From Lama guanicoe (Eukaryota): a stretch of 63,684 bases of DNA. The position numbers and the translations under genes are program-made. The stretch covers positions 5,220,903-5,284,586 of the forward strand of contig MU054220.1 in NCBI GenBank assembly GCA_013239625.1, given 5' to 3'. Below, one piece after another: positions 37,491-50,636 of the stretch. Each line of letters opens with the position of its first letter. Position 1 is the first letter of the stretch. Below the pieces are notes generated by a model, which made no database searches, was not told the DNA's origin, and saw nothing but the letters and a program-made list of their open reading frames with translations.

Positions 37491-38524
37491 CTTGTGTGTT
37501 GGCTTGAAATGTTACACCACAAGTGTGTAATATGACTTCCTGGGTGCTGATGTATCCCAGAAATATGGGGAGATTCAATTTTTAGGGGGTGAATTTTGTC
37601 CAATGGGAAATAAGAGGCCAGAGGGAGAAAGGCACATAAACTTCTCCTTCCTCTTTCCAGTGGATATCTCAGAGTCACCCATATGATCTCATTTAGCCAT
37701 AATTATCTCCTAAAGACTCTGTCTCCAGAAACAATTACACTGGGGGTTAGGGCTTCAACTTATGAATTTGTAGGGTGGGGCACACTTCGGTCTATAGCAT
37801 TCTGGGTCACCATTTTCAGCATACTTGGTCAGCTATTACAGGGAAGTAACAGGAGTCAGAAAGGCTAGTATAGGGTTCCTTGATCATTATTTTTCTTACA
37901 ATGCCATTGCCTTCTTTCTACATTTAAAGCAAATTCCTGTTCAGATAGAAAGAGTGGCCTTTTGGGGCTCTCAGTGCCTCTCTCTCAACCTGCTTATTCA
38001 GTCATAGTTTACCTTGTACATCTTGAATGCCCCCCTGAACTTGGATGCATCATGGAGTCCTGTGCTCACGGGGCATCGTGAATGCTTAAGCAAAGTGGTT
38101 GCTAAGAGCCAACGCACATAATTTGTCTCTCTCTCTGCTTTTGTGCATGCTCTATTGTCTCATCCGGCTTCATTTACAAAACTTAAGTTCAAATATAAAA
38201 TTATTAAACATTTCAAGGCAAGGTTAGCAGAATATTTAACCAAGCATCAGGCATTTCTGAGCCCCCTTGAAGCCAGTCCTTCTTAGCCAAACTCAACAAA
38301 GCCAAATTTTAGGTTCTGTTCATTGCTGAGTCATCTTTTTGGTGCCAAGTGTATTTGGCTGTGTGTAACAGAAAATGCTAATTAAAAGTTGCTTAATCAT
38401 GGAGGAGTTTATTTCTCTTATATAACAAGAAATCTGGGGTAGGCAGTCTGGTGTAATATTTCAAATATCTGGGGTAACGCAAACAGCAGAAAACTGGGAC
38501 TCTCAGGATTTCCTGCTTCAAATG

Positions 38525-38590
38525 TGTATTGGGATGGTTCTCCAGAGAAAACAGAACTAATAGGGTAGACAGATTATCTATCTGTCTATC

Positions 38591-38643
<53 letters not shown>

Positions 38644-39106
38644 ATCTATCTAATCTATCTATCTAATGAGGTTTATTATAGGGAATTGGCTCATACGATT
38701 CTGGAGGCTAAGAAGTCCCACAACCTGCCATATGCAAGATGGAGCCCCAGGAAAGCCAGTGGTGTAATCTGAAGGCTTGAGAGCTGGGGAGCCAGTGGTG
38801 TAGATTCCAGTCTCAGTCTGAAGACCTGAGAACCAGGAGCATGGAGGGCAGGAGATGGTCAGTGTCCCAGCTCACCAGTCAGGGAGAAAGTGAACTTAAC
38901 CTTCCTCCACCTTTTATTCTATTCAGATCATCAGCAGCTTGAATAATATCCACCCATGCTGGGGAGGGCCATCTGCTTTACTCACTCTGGTTTACTCACT
39001 GATTCAAATGCTAATTTCTTCTGGAAACATCAAGAAATAATGTTTAACCAGATATCTGGGCACCTTGTCATCCAGTCAAGTTTGACACATAAAATTAGCC
39101 TTTAGA
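38525..39106 (-). mobile_element. MLT2B-type ERVL LTR nested in an MLT1 LTR
   Basis: 'ggttctccagagaaaacagaactaatagg...ggaattggctcatacgattctggaggct..gaagtccca...cagtcaagtttgacacataaaatta'. Confidence 0.85.
38575..38665. repeat. (TATC)n/(GATA)n tetranucleotide microsatellite
   Basis: Long TATC run with TAATC variants inside the MLT2B element. Confidence 0.95.
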
Positions 39107-41169
39107 GAACAGGATGACTCAAAGCTGGCCTCATCTGTGACTGTCAGCTAGACATAAAGCAAGTTTATGTGTATGTCTGTGTGCTTTGGACTTGTCTCAA
39201 TGTGGGGACTGGGTTCCAAGAGAAAATGCTCTGAGAGATTTGGGCAGAAGCTGTATGGCCTTTTCTGATGTGGCCTGTAAGTTCATGTATGTTATCAGTC
39301 ATCAGTTAATCCTTAAGGCCACACCAGAGTCAAGGGGAGGGGAGCTGCACCTCTTGACGAGGAGGTAACAAAGTCACATTGCAGAAGAGCATGTGGAGTG
39401 GGGGATACCGTGGCAGCCATCTCCTGTAGTTGGCTATAGGGGTCAAGGATCTATGAGGTGGCTATAAAGGCACATTGTTTCCTGTGCTTTGATGTGTCTC
39501 TGATTGCTGGAGGGAAAATCAGAACAAGGAGGGAAATATGGGTTTTTACAGGATTTTTCGCTGGTCAGAAAAATCAAATACTCAGTGTCTACTCTCAGGA
39601 TTCCTTTTTTGTTTGTTTTCTTAACATTTAAAAATTTACAAACTGTAATATGCATTGTTTTGGTGTTTACAGTACACATGGGTAGATTCTTGTTAACCAC
39701 TACTGCAAACAGGATACAGACAATTCCAACAGCCCGAAGAATGCTCTTGTGCTGCCCCCTTGTTCTTAGCCCCTCTCCCACCTCTAACCCCTGGCAACTT
39801 CTTATCTCCAAGTAAAATTTTCTTTGTTTAGTGGTCTTCAAAATATGCTGTAATATATGCTAAGGGGTGCACAAGATGATCTAAAGGGGGAAAAAGGAAA
39901 AAACTGGAATTTATATTTCTGTCTGGCTGTTTTTATCTGTTTACGTATCAATTTTTGGTTATGATTTTTAAATGCACACAATACATTAGCGCTGTGGTAT
40001 ATACACATAATTTATAAACATATTGGAGGGTTGTTAAAAATTGATTAATGATAAAGGTAAGTGACCAAAAAAGTTTTTAGATTACTGGCTTAGATTACCA
40101 AAAGCAATTTCCTCTAGGGTGAAAGTGGCATAGTTGTTTACACATAGAGTTTTTCTTTGCCAAATGGAATAGTGAATGAAGAATGAGGAGGCTACAGGGA
40201 AAGTATAGTTCTCTGAGTTGGAGCTTGGATTCCCCAAATGAGATTGTAAAAGATTCTGCAATTATTTACTCAGTTTTTGCCTTCCTAGTTAGATTGTATG
40301 CTCTATGGAAACAGGGGCCATTTGTGCCATTCATTGACGTATATGCCTGTCTAGGTTTTAGGATTTGTGGACACAGGAGAAAACAAGACAATTAACATTT
40401 TGGTTCTTCTGGGTAAGAAAGAAACAGTAAACAAGTAAACAAGTAATTAAGAAAATTTCAGGTAGTGGCAAGTTCTGTGATGAAATAAAAGAGGGTAATG
40501 GGATAGAGGGGTACAATATTAGGTTCGATACCCCTGGAAGACCTCTCTGAGAAGGTTCCATTTGAGCTGAAACCTGAATGATGACAAGTCAGCCTTATGA
40601 ACATCAGATAGGTTTGGGAATTTGATACCAGATGGAATAGTGCGTGGATTTTTGTTTGTTTTACTGATTGATTTTTATAATCATATAAAGACTAGACTGG
40701 GGACAAGTCTTCTGGGAAGCTTCCAGGCCCAGAAGTCTGGAGGTTGGTAGAGGGCAATGAGCGTTGGTGGCACAGTTATCTAGGCAGAGAGCGCCTGTAA
40801 CTGCTACAATAATTTTTCTGTGACGCTAGGGTATAGTGTAGTGGGAAAAGACAATGATTATTTATTGGAGGAATCTTGTTCTGGGCAACAGTTTTTCATA
40901 CCTTTCTAAAAAGGACCTGGAAGTAACTGGTGGATCTGGAAAGGCCTAGGGGTCACTACATGGACGGCTTGGTGACCTGAATGGCTTGATCACTGGGACT
41001 AGTTGGGAACTTATGTTTCAATGGATATCAGTGTGGCATCCACCTTTTATTACACTTTGGAGCCTGTGGCCCAGGAATGTCATGTTCATTCCACTGGGCA
41101 CTGAGGATAAAATGGTAAATAAATCAGTCCCCTTACAGCCTTTCCAGTTCTCTCACACCCGAGTTGGTC

Positions 41170-41600
41170 ACCATCTCTTTGTATGTCAGTTTGCAAAGCA
41201 GATTCAGAGTCAAAATTAAAAATGCAAAATATTTTTTGGAGATCAAGCTCTCAAAAGGTAGAAGAGGAGAGGGAACAAGAGGTAGGAAGAGAAAGTCTTC
41301 AGACCACAATGCTGGTCTGACACCTGTAAATGGAGAGGGGAAAGGAAGAAGGATTTGGTTGAAAGATCCTTAGACTTCAGTGCAACTCTGAGAAGGTCTC
41401 ATCCAGCCCAAGGGGTAGCTACAGACAATGATTATTTGTTGGAGGAATCCGGTGCTGGGCAGAAATTGCAAGGCTGTGCTCAGGGTGAGCAAGGAGCAAT
41501 GGCATTTGACCAAAGGCACTGAAGCTGTGGGGCTGTCAGCTAACTGCACTCCTCACACCTTTCCCTTGAAAGGAGAACTGAGGTGCATTTCCATGGCTGC
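41170..41600 (-). mobile_element. LTR16-like ERVL LTR
   Basis: 'cttcagaccacaatgctggtctgacacctgtaaatggagagggg...cttagacttcagtgcaactctgag...gctgtcagctaactgcactcctcac'. Confidence 0.65.
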
Positions 41601-41807
41601 TGTGCCTTGTCCTTGGCAAGCATCCCCCTTACCAGCTTCTGTGGGTATTTTCATGTTGAGAGTGCCAACCCCTGGGGCCTTGCTCCTGCTCCAAATTAAT
41701 TTAATGAGCTCTTTAGAAGAGAACCGTGGAGCAGTTTTGTTCCTATTGATACTTGTCTCAAGGAATGTAATTAATTACCAAGACAAAATTCAAGGCCATT
41801 AACTTTT

Positions 41808-41918
41808 AAAAAAAAAATTAAGAAAAATTTTCCCCTCTAATGGAGGCACTGGGGATTGAACCCAGGATGTTGTTCATGCCAAGAACTTGCTCTATCACTG
41901 AGCTATACCCACCTGCTT
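41808..41918 (-). mobile_element. Camelid tRNA-derived SINE (Vic-1-like)
   Basis: Minus strand GGGTATAGCTCAGTGATAGAG (A box) ... CCTGGGTTCAATCCCCAGTGCCTCCATT (B box). TSD ggccattaactttt (41794-41807) / ggccattaattttt (41919-41932). Confidence 0.85.
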
Positions 41919-43915
41919 GGCCATTAATTTTTATTATTTAGTTTTTGTGTGTGTGATTTGGAATCCTGGAGGGTGAAGATTATAATTATGAATTCAAATC
42001 AGCAAATGCAAACTGTGATTGATGTGTGTGGGTTGGAAACTTCTGTGATAGGAGCTGAGGCCCAGGGATGGTAAAGGGACACAGACACATGTGCTGTGGA
42101 GAACAGGGGAATGAAGTCACCTGGGATTGCCTGGAAGTGATGCAGCAGTTTACATTCTGAGCAATTAGGGTCCAGTTAGTGTTAGAGTCTCACAGCTGGA
42201 TTGAGCTCGTGGAAGGGTGCAAAGCAGCCTGGGTTGTGGGTCAGGAATAACAGCTTCATCTCTACCTAGAAACTGTCACCCATCCTCAGCACAGTGGGAG
42301 TGCCTCTCCTACAGGTCCACATAAGCTCTCCTTGTTGAAATGTTTCTTAAAGTTGCTGCCTACTTAAGATGCACTTTTAGTGCCTGATTACTCTGGTTCA
42401 ACTTTCTTTTTGTCTTTTTCTCCTGAAGTCGATGGCCAAGTTATTGCTTATTCTTTTCTCTTTTTCCAGATGCCATTAGTAATCCTCTAAAGCAACACAT
42501 CCTTGACCCACTGGTGACCAGGAGTTTCCAACCAGCTTTCTGACCTTGCTTGAGAAATGTATGGATTTTTCAATAGTGTGTGGTAAGTCACCAGAGTGGC
42601 ACTGGAAAGGGAAAGGGAAGGGAAGAAAATAAATTGAGTTTGAATGGTGGCAAAACAAATGCCATGTTCACTCAGACATTCAATATATAGAAGAAGTTGT
42701 CTGATTTCTTGGTAATTAAACTTTAAAGAGAGGCTTGTCTGGCCCCAAGTAAACAAACATAATGATCTTTTCCACAATAAGACTGGTACATGTGATTTCT
42801 CACTGAGACTTTCTGTTTTAAGCTGTTGTTAAGTCCTGAGTAGGAAAATTTGGTTTCCTTTTAATCCATTTTCTTGGGTTGGAAGGGAGTGAGAGTGACG
42901 TGGGAGAAAGGAATGTTAGTGTTTGCAGTGATAAGGGAGGGGTCTGGGCTAGGCTTGGATGCTACTAGAAGGAAGGGAAATAATGAGGTGTTAGCCATCT
43001 TAGCATCTACTCCAAACTCTCGTTTAGCAGATGTGGAAGCAGAGACTTAGAAAAGCTAAGAGGCAGATTGATGGAGCAGAGAGAAAGCTGGAGTCAAAAG
43101 ATCAGAGTTCAAGGGATGACAGCTGATGATCTCTGTGACCTCTGTGACTTTGCTTTGATAAGCGCCTTTGGCCCTGTAACCTAACCTTCCTAGGCTTCTG
43201 GGCAATGCGGAAAACTCAAAGGCCAATTATGACTTCCACAGTCTTAGGCAAAGTTCCTGACACTTGCTGGCATTTTGAATGTAAATATAGACAGAGGTTA
43301 AACCTCCTTTGCATATTGCTCCATCCCTTGTGGTTCAGTCTCTCAGATCCTCATAACAACCCTCGTCTCCTAACACACAGTTCTCATGAGAGCCTGGAGA
43401 ATTCAGCCTTTATTCCTGTTCTGGAAGTGTTTCTCTTGATGTTCTCATTTGCTGATTCTTGATGTTGATGTACATCCATCAGTTAACACTTGAAAGCTTC
43501 CACCTGGATTTTGGCTTTAAAATCATAAATATTTTCCCCACACCCAGCACCAATAGACAGGCCTACATAGCAAATGCAGGGATGGCAAAAAAATTTTAGT
43601 CCATGTTACTCAAGCATTATAAAAACTGGAGCTTAGTATGAAATAACTGAAATCTATTAGAGTGATAATAGTACCGTGGAGAGCAAAGAAAAAGAGACAC
43701 TAGGCTAGTGCAGACCTCTGCTGTGTCATGTGGACAGTGACGGTCGCTCACCCCCGATTACATTACAATCCTCAGTCTTAAGTCTTTCCCCCATAAGTAA
43801 CTTCTTTCAGCTGAGGTTTCTTTCTCTTCTAGGCGGCAATCATATCCATCCTTGTTCTTAAGGCAGTTGAGGGAACCAAATTATTGGTAGCTTTATAAAA
43901 CTTGAAAGTGCTATT

Positions 43916-43952
43916 AACCTAATTACTCCCCCCAAAAGCAGTTTAAAAAAAA
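43916..43952 (+). mobile_element. 3'-tail-only camelid SINE fragment
   Basis: 'aacctaattactccccccaaaa...aaaaaaa' between identical repeats gaaagtgctatt (43904-43915 and 43953-43964). Confidence 0.65.
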
Positions 43953-44767
43953 GAAAGTGCTATTGAAATATTAGGTAGTTTACTAGCACTGGCCTAGAAC
44001 TGGGGATTCCTGACAGCTAACCAGGCCTTTTTTCATCGCTCTGGGGAGAAAGTTGTGAATAAGAGTGGACTCTAGGGAAGACAACTAATGTTGGGAGACT
44101 AAAGGAAGTCAACACTAGCAATATAGTGTCCTTCTTGAAAAGACAATTAAAAAACCTTAGTATATAGTGCTATTCAAGTCCTAGTTAAGGGCATAGAAAC
44201 CACGAGTCTATGTCCTGAAAGGGAAGGACAGCAATGAACTGAACTGCTCCTTTTGAGTGGAGACATTCACCAAGTCCAGGCACAGAGCAGATTTGCTTCT
44301 CCTCTGTCTCCCCCACTGGGGGAGGGGGTGTCATAGACTAACTTAAAGGCTGAGGACAGTAAAGCATGAATTCTCAGAAATAAAACTCAAAGATTTCCTG
44401 AGACCAGAAAAAAGGATCAACCTGCAAGAGAAAAACAAGAGTCTCGAGACTGGTCTCTTTACTAATGCTTGTTTTCCTAAGTAATATTTCTCCAACTATC
44501 ATCCAGATAGCATCATATTTCATTTTTCTGTTCCAACCTCTAATCTTTAGAGAGGACTGTAGAAATCCATTTGCCATTTTGTGATATGGAATCTAGGACA
44601 TGATCATCATTATTATTATTATCACTGAAGATAAAGAAATCTATCAATTTCATTATTTCCTGCTGCCTGCATTATCACAACTCTGTGTTGGTCATCTACT
44701 TTAAGGGTCAATATAATGACATTGCTGGGAATTACATATAACCAGTTACTCTAAGTCAACAACTCTT

Positions 44768-45373
44768 TTTTTTATTTTATTGAGTTATAGCCAGTTTGCA
44801 ATGTTGTGTCAATTTCAGATGTAAAGCACAATTTTTCAGTCATACATGAATATACATATATTCATTTTCACATTCTTTTTCACTGTGAGCTACCAAAAGA
44901 TCTTATATGTACTTCCCTGTGCTATACAGTATAAGCTTGTTTATCTATTCTATATATACCTGTCAGTATCTACAAATTTCAAACTCCTAGTCTGTCACCC
45001 CCTCACCTCCTCTGGCAACCACAAGTTTGTAGTCTATGTCTATGAATCTGTTTCTGTTTTATATTTAAATTCATTTGTCTTCTTTTCTTTTTTAGACTCC
45101 ACATATGAGTGATATCATATGGTATTTTTCTTTCTCTTTTTGGCTTACTTTACTTAGAATGATATTCTCCAGGGACATCCATGCTGCTGAAAATGGCATT
45201 ATGTTGTCATTTTTTATAGCTGCATAGTATTCCATTGTATAAATATACCACAACTTCTTTATCCAATCATCTGTCGATGGACATTTAGGCTGTTTCCATG
45301 ACTTGGCTATTGTAAATAGTGCTGCTATGAACATTGGGTTGCTGGTGTCTTTTTGAAGTACAGTTCCTTCTCA
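44768..45373 (-). mobile_element. 5'-truncated camelid-type L1 with the same 3'UTR type as 19403-20080
   Basis: Uninterrupted ORF2p C-terminus at 45092-45334 (MFIAALFTIAKSWKQPKCPSTDDWIKKLWYIYTMEYY). TSD aagtcaacaactctt (44753-44767) / aagccaacaactctt (45374-45388). Confidence 0.92.
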
Positions 45374-46253
45374 AAGCCAACAACTCTTGATTCAACTTTA
45401 ATAGATCAAATTCTATTCAAAAAAAGTTATGAGAACAATGACTATTTCTTTTGAGAGCTAGGGAGCCTTATCTCTTCAAAAGTCAGTCTGGAAAGTTCAC
45501 TACTCAGTACCAGTTAGCTTCTGAGAAGTGACATGTTTATAAATGGTATCCTATCTTATAAAACTTTATGCCCCAAGGCATGTCAACAACTGATTTACTC
45601 CGTGTTTGCTTATCTGGGAAGACTGTGAGAGCACAGTTCATAGGGGCATCATGGCCCTTAACTGCATCTCCAAAAGTTCATCCAGCCTACACTCACTGAA
45701 TACCTTGTGTATGCAAAGCACCAGGTCCAGTAATGAGTGTGCAAGATGAATAACACCTTGTCTTCATACTTGAGCATGTTTAACAGATACACAAGTGTCT
45801 CTTCTCCTCTTCTCTTTAGGGGATATACAAAGTTTCTATGAATGATGCTAAGTTCCCTGAAGTCTTGTGTAAAGATTTGGCTGCTTTTTCAACACCTTTA
45901 TCATTGTGGCTTTTAAGCAAAGGATTCAGGCAGAATTAACTTTGATTGTGTCTGTTTGCCATCTAACTGTAGCTGTTGAATCCAGAGGCCTCCAATGAAT
46001 AATCAAGTCTATGTAATGGTATATAGTAAATGCCACAAGAGATATATTTACAAAGGCCAGTGGATGCACAGAAGAGTTTGGAAATAGAGGAAATAGTAGT
46101 TGAACCTAGTCTTAAAATGTGAGTTACATTTTTCCAGGTAAAAATGCAGCTAGAGGAAAAGTATGGAAGGAAAAGGCTGTATGAAGATACAGAGGTGAAA
46201 GAGTACACAGTTTGGGGCATTTTGATTGTAACTATAACATAGGATTGTGGTAG

Positions 46254-46770
46254 TGTTACTGAGTCTAAACTCATCTTGCTTGCCACATGACAGGCCAGTA
46301 AATCAGGAGATGAGGTGTTGGAGTGAGGAATAACGACTTTATCCAGAAAGCCAGCAAACTGAGAAAACAGGGGACTAATGTTCTAAAGAACCACCTTACT
46401 CAAGTCAGAATTCAGATTCCTTTTATATTTAAAAGGGAAGGAGATGTAATTGTTTGTTGCAAACTTCCTAGAGTCCAAATCCTTTGTTCTTGCAGCTGTC
46501 CCTGTAGGTCAGGTCATGATATTCCTGTAAATCTTCAACAAGACAAATGATATTCTCCATTCTGTAACTTTTTATTTCTATATGAATAAAAAGCATTATA
46601 CCCTGAAAGGTCAGAGCCTTGAGAATGGGCTATCCTATATACTTCAGGCTATAGGCTACATTCTTTTACAAAACGTGCAGAACCAGCACAACTAAGCAGA
46701 GGAAACAGCACAGGGTTAGAGCAAAAAGAACAGATGTAATATGGAGTCATATTTGTTCTTCCCTATTATA
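46254..46770 (-). mobile_element. ERV1-class solo LTR
   Basis: TG start and TA end (probably from CA). Perfect 4-bp TSD GTAG (46250-46253 and 46771-46774). The sequence resembles laurasiatherian ERV1 LTRs. Confidence 0.8.
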
Positions 46771-47444
46771 GTAGGAGCTAACACTAAATGAGTAGGCTGG
46801 GCCTGTTTATGAAGGGGATGCTGTTTCTGTATTAGGCTATCTCTGTCTCATTCAGTCTGTTCATATCTTCCGGTTGACACACTAATTGAAGAATTACTTT
46901 CTTGTTCACACTCCTCTTATGATATTGTAACTCAAGATAAACATGTGATTCTAAGTTTCATTGTGTCTAAGATTCCAGATGGAACTCAGCTTCCCTACTC
47001 TCTTGTCCACTCCTTCCTCATACCATGGGAACCCCTTCCTCTATGGAAGTCACATGCCATTCAAAGTTGTTTTCGTTCACTCATGGGCACTGCTTTGTCA
47101 GGAATCACATTTCAGCTTAAAAATTTATCCTATGGATTGAAGTATCAAAGCAGAAAAAGTTTCTTACATTTACAAAGTTCTTCACTCACAGCTTTTTCTA
47201 ATTAATGATTATATGTTGATATAAAAGCTGTTAAAATATTGATTAAAAAGAAATTTGAGGAAGCAGTTGAAAGCAAGACTGATGAGACAGGTAGAGAGCT
47301 TCTCCAAAGAGAAGTGCTATTTCCCTACCAAACTTGACAAAGCTCCCCCTCACCCCTGCTCATGCTTGCTTGCCCTGATGCTAGAAAGTTGTTGTGCCTC
47401 TAACATGGCTACAGTACTTTCAGTTAAATGTATACTTGGTGTTT

Positions 47445-48690
47445 TTTTTAACTTATTTTTAAAATTGAAGTATAGTTGATTTACAATGTTGTGTTAGTTT
47501 CAGATATACAGTAAAATGATTTGGTTATACATATGTGTGTATGTGTGTGTATGTATATATAAATCTTTTTCAGATTCTTTTCCATATAGGTTATTACAAC
47601 ATATAGAATATAGTTCCCTGTGCTATATAGTAGGACCTTGTTGGTTCTCTGTTTTATATATAGCAATGTGTATATGTTAATCCCAAATTCCTAATTTATC
47701 CCTTCCCTGACCCTTTCCCCTTTAGTAACTATAAGTTTGTTTTCTATTTCTGTGAGTCTGTTTCTGTTTTGTAAATAAGTTCATTTGTGTCCTTTTTAAA
47801 AAAAGATTCTACATATGAGTGATATCATATGATATTTATCTTTCTCTGTCTGACTTATTTCACTTAGAATGATAATCTCTAGATCTATCCATGTGGCTGA
47901 AATGACATTATTTCGTTCCTTTTTTTATAGCTGAGTAATATTGTGTATGATATATACACACACACACACACACACACATATAATATTCCGTTGTGTGTAT
48001 ACACACACACACACACACACACACACATCTTTTTTATCCATTCATCTGTCAATAGACACTTAGGTTGCTTCTATGTCTTGGATATTGCAAATAGTGCTAC
48101 TTTGAGCACGAGGTGCATGTATCTTTTCGAATCAGAATTTTCTCTGGATATAAGTCCAGGAGTGGGATTGCTGGATCATACGGTAGCTCTATTTTTAGTT
48201 TTCTAAGGAACCTCCATTCTGTTCTCCACAATGGCTGCACCACATTACATTCCCACCAACAGTATAGGAGGGTTCCCTTTTCTTCACACCCTCTCCAGCG
48301 TTTGTTTTTATCTGTAGACTTTTTAATGATGGCCATTCTGATGGTGTGAGGTGTTAGCTCATGTAGTTTTGATTTGCACTTCTCTGATAATTAGGGGTGT
48401 TGAGCATCTTTTCATGTGCCTATTGGTCATCTGTATGTCTTCTTTGGAGAAGTGTCTATTTAGATTGTCTGACCATCTTTTGATTGGTTTTTTTTTTTTG
48501 ATACTGAGCTGTATAAGCTGTTTATATATTTTGGAAATTTGTCCCTTGTCAGTTGCATTGTTTGCAAATATTTTTTCCCATTCCATAGGTTGTCTTTTTG
48601 TTTTGTTGATGATCTCCTTTACTGTGCAAAAGCTTTTAAGTTTAATTAGGTCCTATTTGTTTATTTTTGTTTTTATTTCCATTACTTTAG
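47445..48690 (-). mobile_element. 5'-truncated L1 (ORF2 3' part plus 3'UTR) with internal (CA)n runs
   Basis: ORF2p pieces WEKIFAN..., [16 protein letters not shown] (degenerate CCHC knuckle) and [14 protein letters not shown] gtatacttggtgttt (47430-47444 and 48691-48705). Confidence 0.92.
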
Positions 48691-50312
48691 GTATACTTGG
48701 TGTTTCTTCTGTCTGCCTGTTTAGTCTTTCCCAAAATGCCAATCATACAAGGGAATTGGTAAAAAAAAATTTATTGTGTTTATATCTCTTACATTGTATA
48801 AAATAAACACATTTAAGCTATGTATGAGTTCACTCAAATATGTATATCATACTTATGTAACACTTTTGTGGCTTAATAAAAGTGGAAAAGATGACAGCTT
48901 AACTTCTAACTTTATGTTGTCCATCTTCTGTTGAGGGCCTGAGACTGCCATTAGTGAGGCTTGCATATCAGAGTCCTCTGCTGGGTTTATATGCAATAAT
49001 ACATAATGTATAATGTGTAACACCTATTATATAATATTTGGTGTGTGGAATATAATGATATATATCATTTAATCAAATGATATATTGTATAACACTATTA
49101 TATGATATATTATTTATAACATTCATCTTTCCTTTTGCTCACCTCATCAGTGCTATTGCTGATGCCCAAGTTGACAGCATATGGGGCTATGGACATCCTT
49201 GGCCATGTCTAGTTTTGTTCTTGATTTCATAACTGCTTAGAAATGAAAGATTTACTTCCTCTTATGCCATGCCCTGTTTCACAACAATCTGAGAGTGGTT
49301 AGGAGTTCTAGCTCACAGTCACCACAAACCTGGCTGTGCATTTCTGTTCCGCTACTCACTTGCTGAATAAATTTTGAGAAAATTTCTTGTGCAGATCTTA
49401 CTTTGCTTCTCTGGAGAATGAGGATTAATAACCAGTTTGGGATGGGTTACCTAACGTATTTTTATAGGATTGTTGTGAATAGTGAGACAGTTTTTATAGT
49501 GTACTTGCCCAGTGCCTGATACACAGTAGATGACCAATAAATACTGTTATTATTGTCATCTGTTAGGATGTTCAGTGCATTGATGTAGTTCTCATTTGCA
49601 GACATCAAGGTTAGATCGTGTGTCATAAAACGTTACAAAACGAAGGGGGATTGAATGTAGTGCTGATAATCCCTGGGTATTGTTAATCCCTTGGGTGTGG
49701 TAATTACTCTTATAATTTGATCATCTCTAAGTTGGTGAACATATTATTTCTAAATCCATTCATTTAATTCCTTGTAGTAGCTATATTATCTTACTGTTGG
49801 CTTGGATTTGGAAAGCGAACCCCCACATGCCTCCCAAATTCCTTCTAAGAAATTAGCCTGTGATTCAAATGAAAGCTCACAGGTTGGTGGTGTGACCTGG
49901 TTATGAATTCAGCCCTTAATCTTAGGGAAATCTAGATGTTCAAGAAAACCCCAGTCTTTTTCAGAAAACCCTGGACTTTCTATGAATGGTGCTAAATCAC
50001 CAGAAGTCTCATTTTGAGATCTAGCTGCTTTCTCAATGTTTTTCTCCATATGTTTCCTAACAGAGCACTAAGACAGAATTGTTCTTGATGATGTTCACCT
50101 GCATGAATGTGGGAGGGAGGAAAGGAGAAACAAGGAAAAAGGGAGGGAGAGAAAGAGAGAGAAAAAGAGAAAGAGAAAGAAAGACTGGACATAGCCATTG
50201 AAGCCACAGGGGACCCTGCGAAGAGTAATCAAGCTCATCGAGTTCACAGCCTTTTGATTCTGGTCCTTGTGGGACAGATATGCTGTCACTAAAAGACATT
50301 GGAGTATACATA

Positions 50313-50536
50313 CAGTTGACCCTTGAACAACAGAGGTTTTGAACTGTATGGGTCAACTTATATGTGGATTTTTTTTGATAAATATGTACTGCAGTACTAC
50401 ATGATCTGCACTGCAGTTGGTTGAATCTGTAGATGTGGAGCTACGGATGAAGAGAGCTGACTGTAAAGTTATACTTGGATACTTGACTGTGTGGGAGTTG
50501 GCACCCCTAACAGACACATTCTCCTAGGGTCAAATA
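50313..50536. mobile_element. MER8/Tigger2-derived MITE
   Basis: TA|CAGTTGACCCTTGAACAAC left TIR and degenerate agggtcaaat right TIR. A second fragment lies at about 51465-51540. Confidence 0.8.
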
Positions 50537-50636
50537 TATATATGTGGAAATCTAAAGACCTTGGATGGATTCAACTCTTCTAATAGAAGATCACAATTTT
50601 GGGAGAGAAGGAAGGATACAGGATGTGAACACCTGG

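Noticed and set aside
41808..41918. tRNA gene
   Set aside because: It has A/B boxes but a degenerate cloverleaf, an A/T-rich tail and a TSD, so it is a SINE.
45092..45334. 80-aa ORF as a standalone gene
   Set aside because: It is the C-terminus of L1 ORF2p in a 5'-truncated, promoterless copy.
48113..48806. Hydrophobic plus-strand ORFs up to 151 aa that look like membrane proteins
   Set aside because: They are antisense translations of A-rich L1 ORF2, a classic artefact.
48990..49120. AT-rich palindromic segment (atatatcattt-aatc-aaatgatatat)
   Set aside because: Low-complexity decayed AT repeat in which such palindromes are expected by chance.
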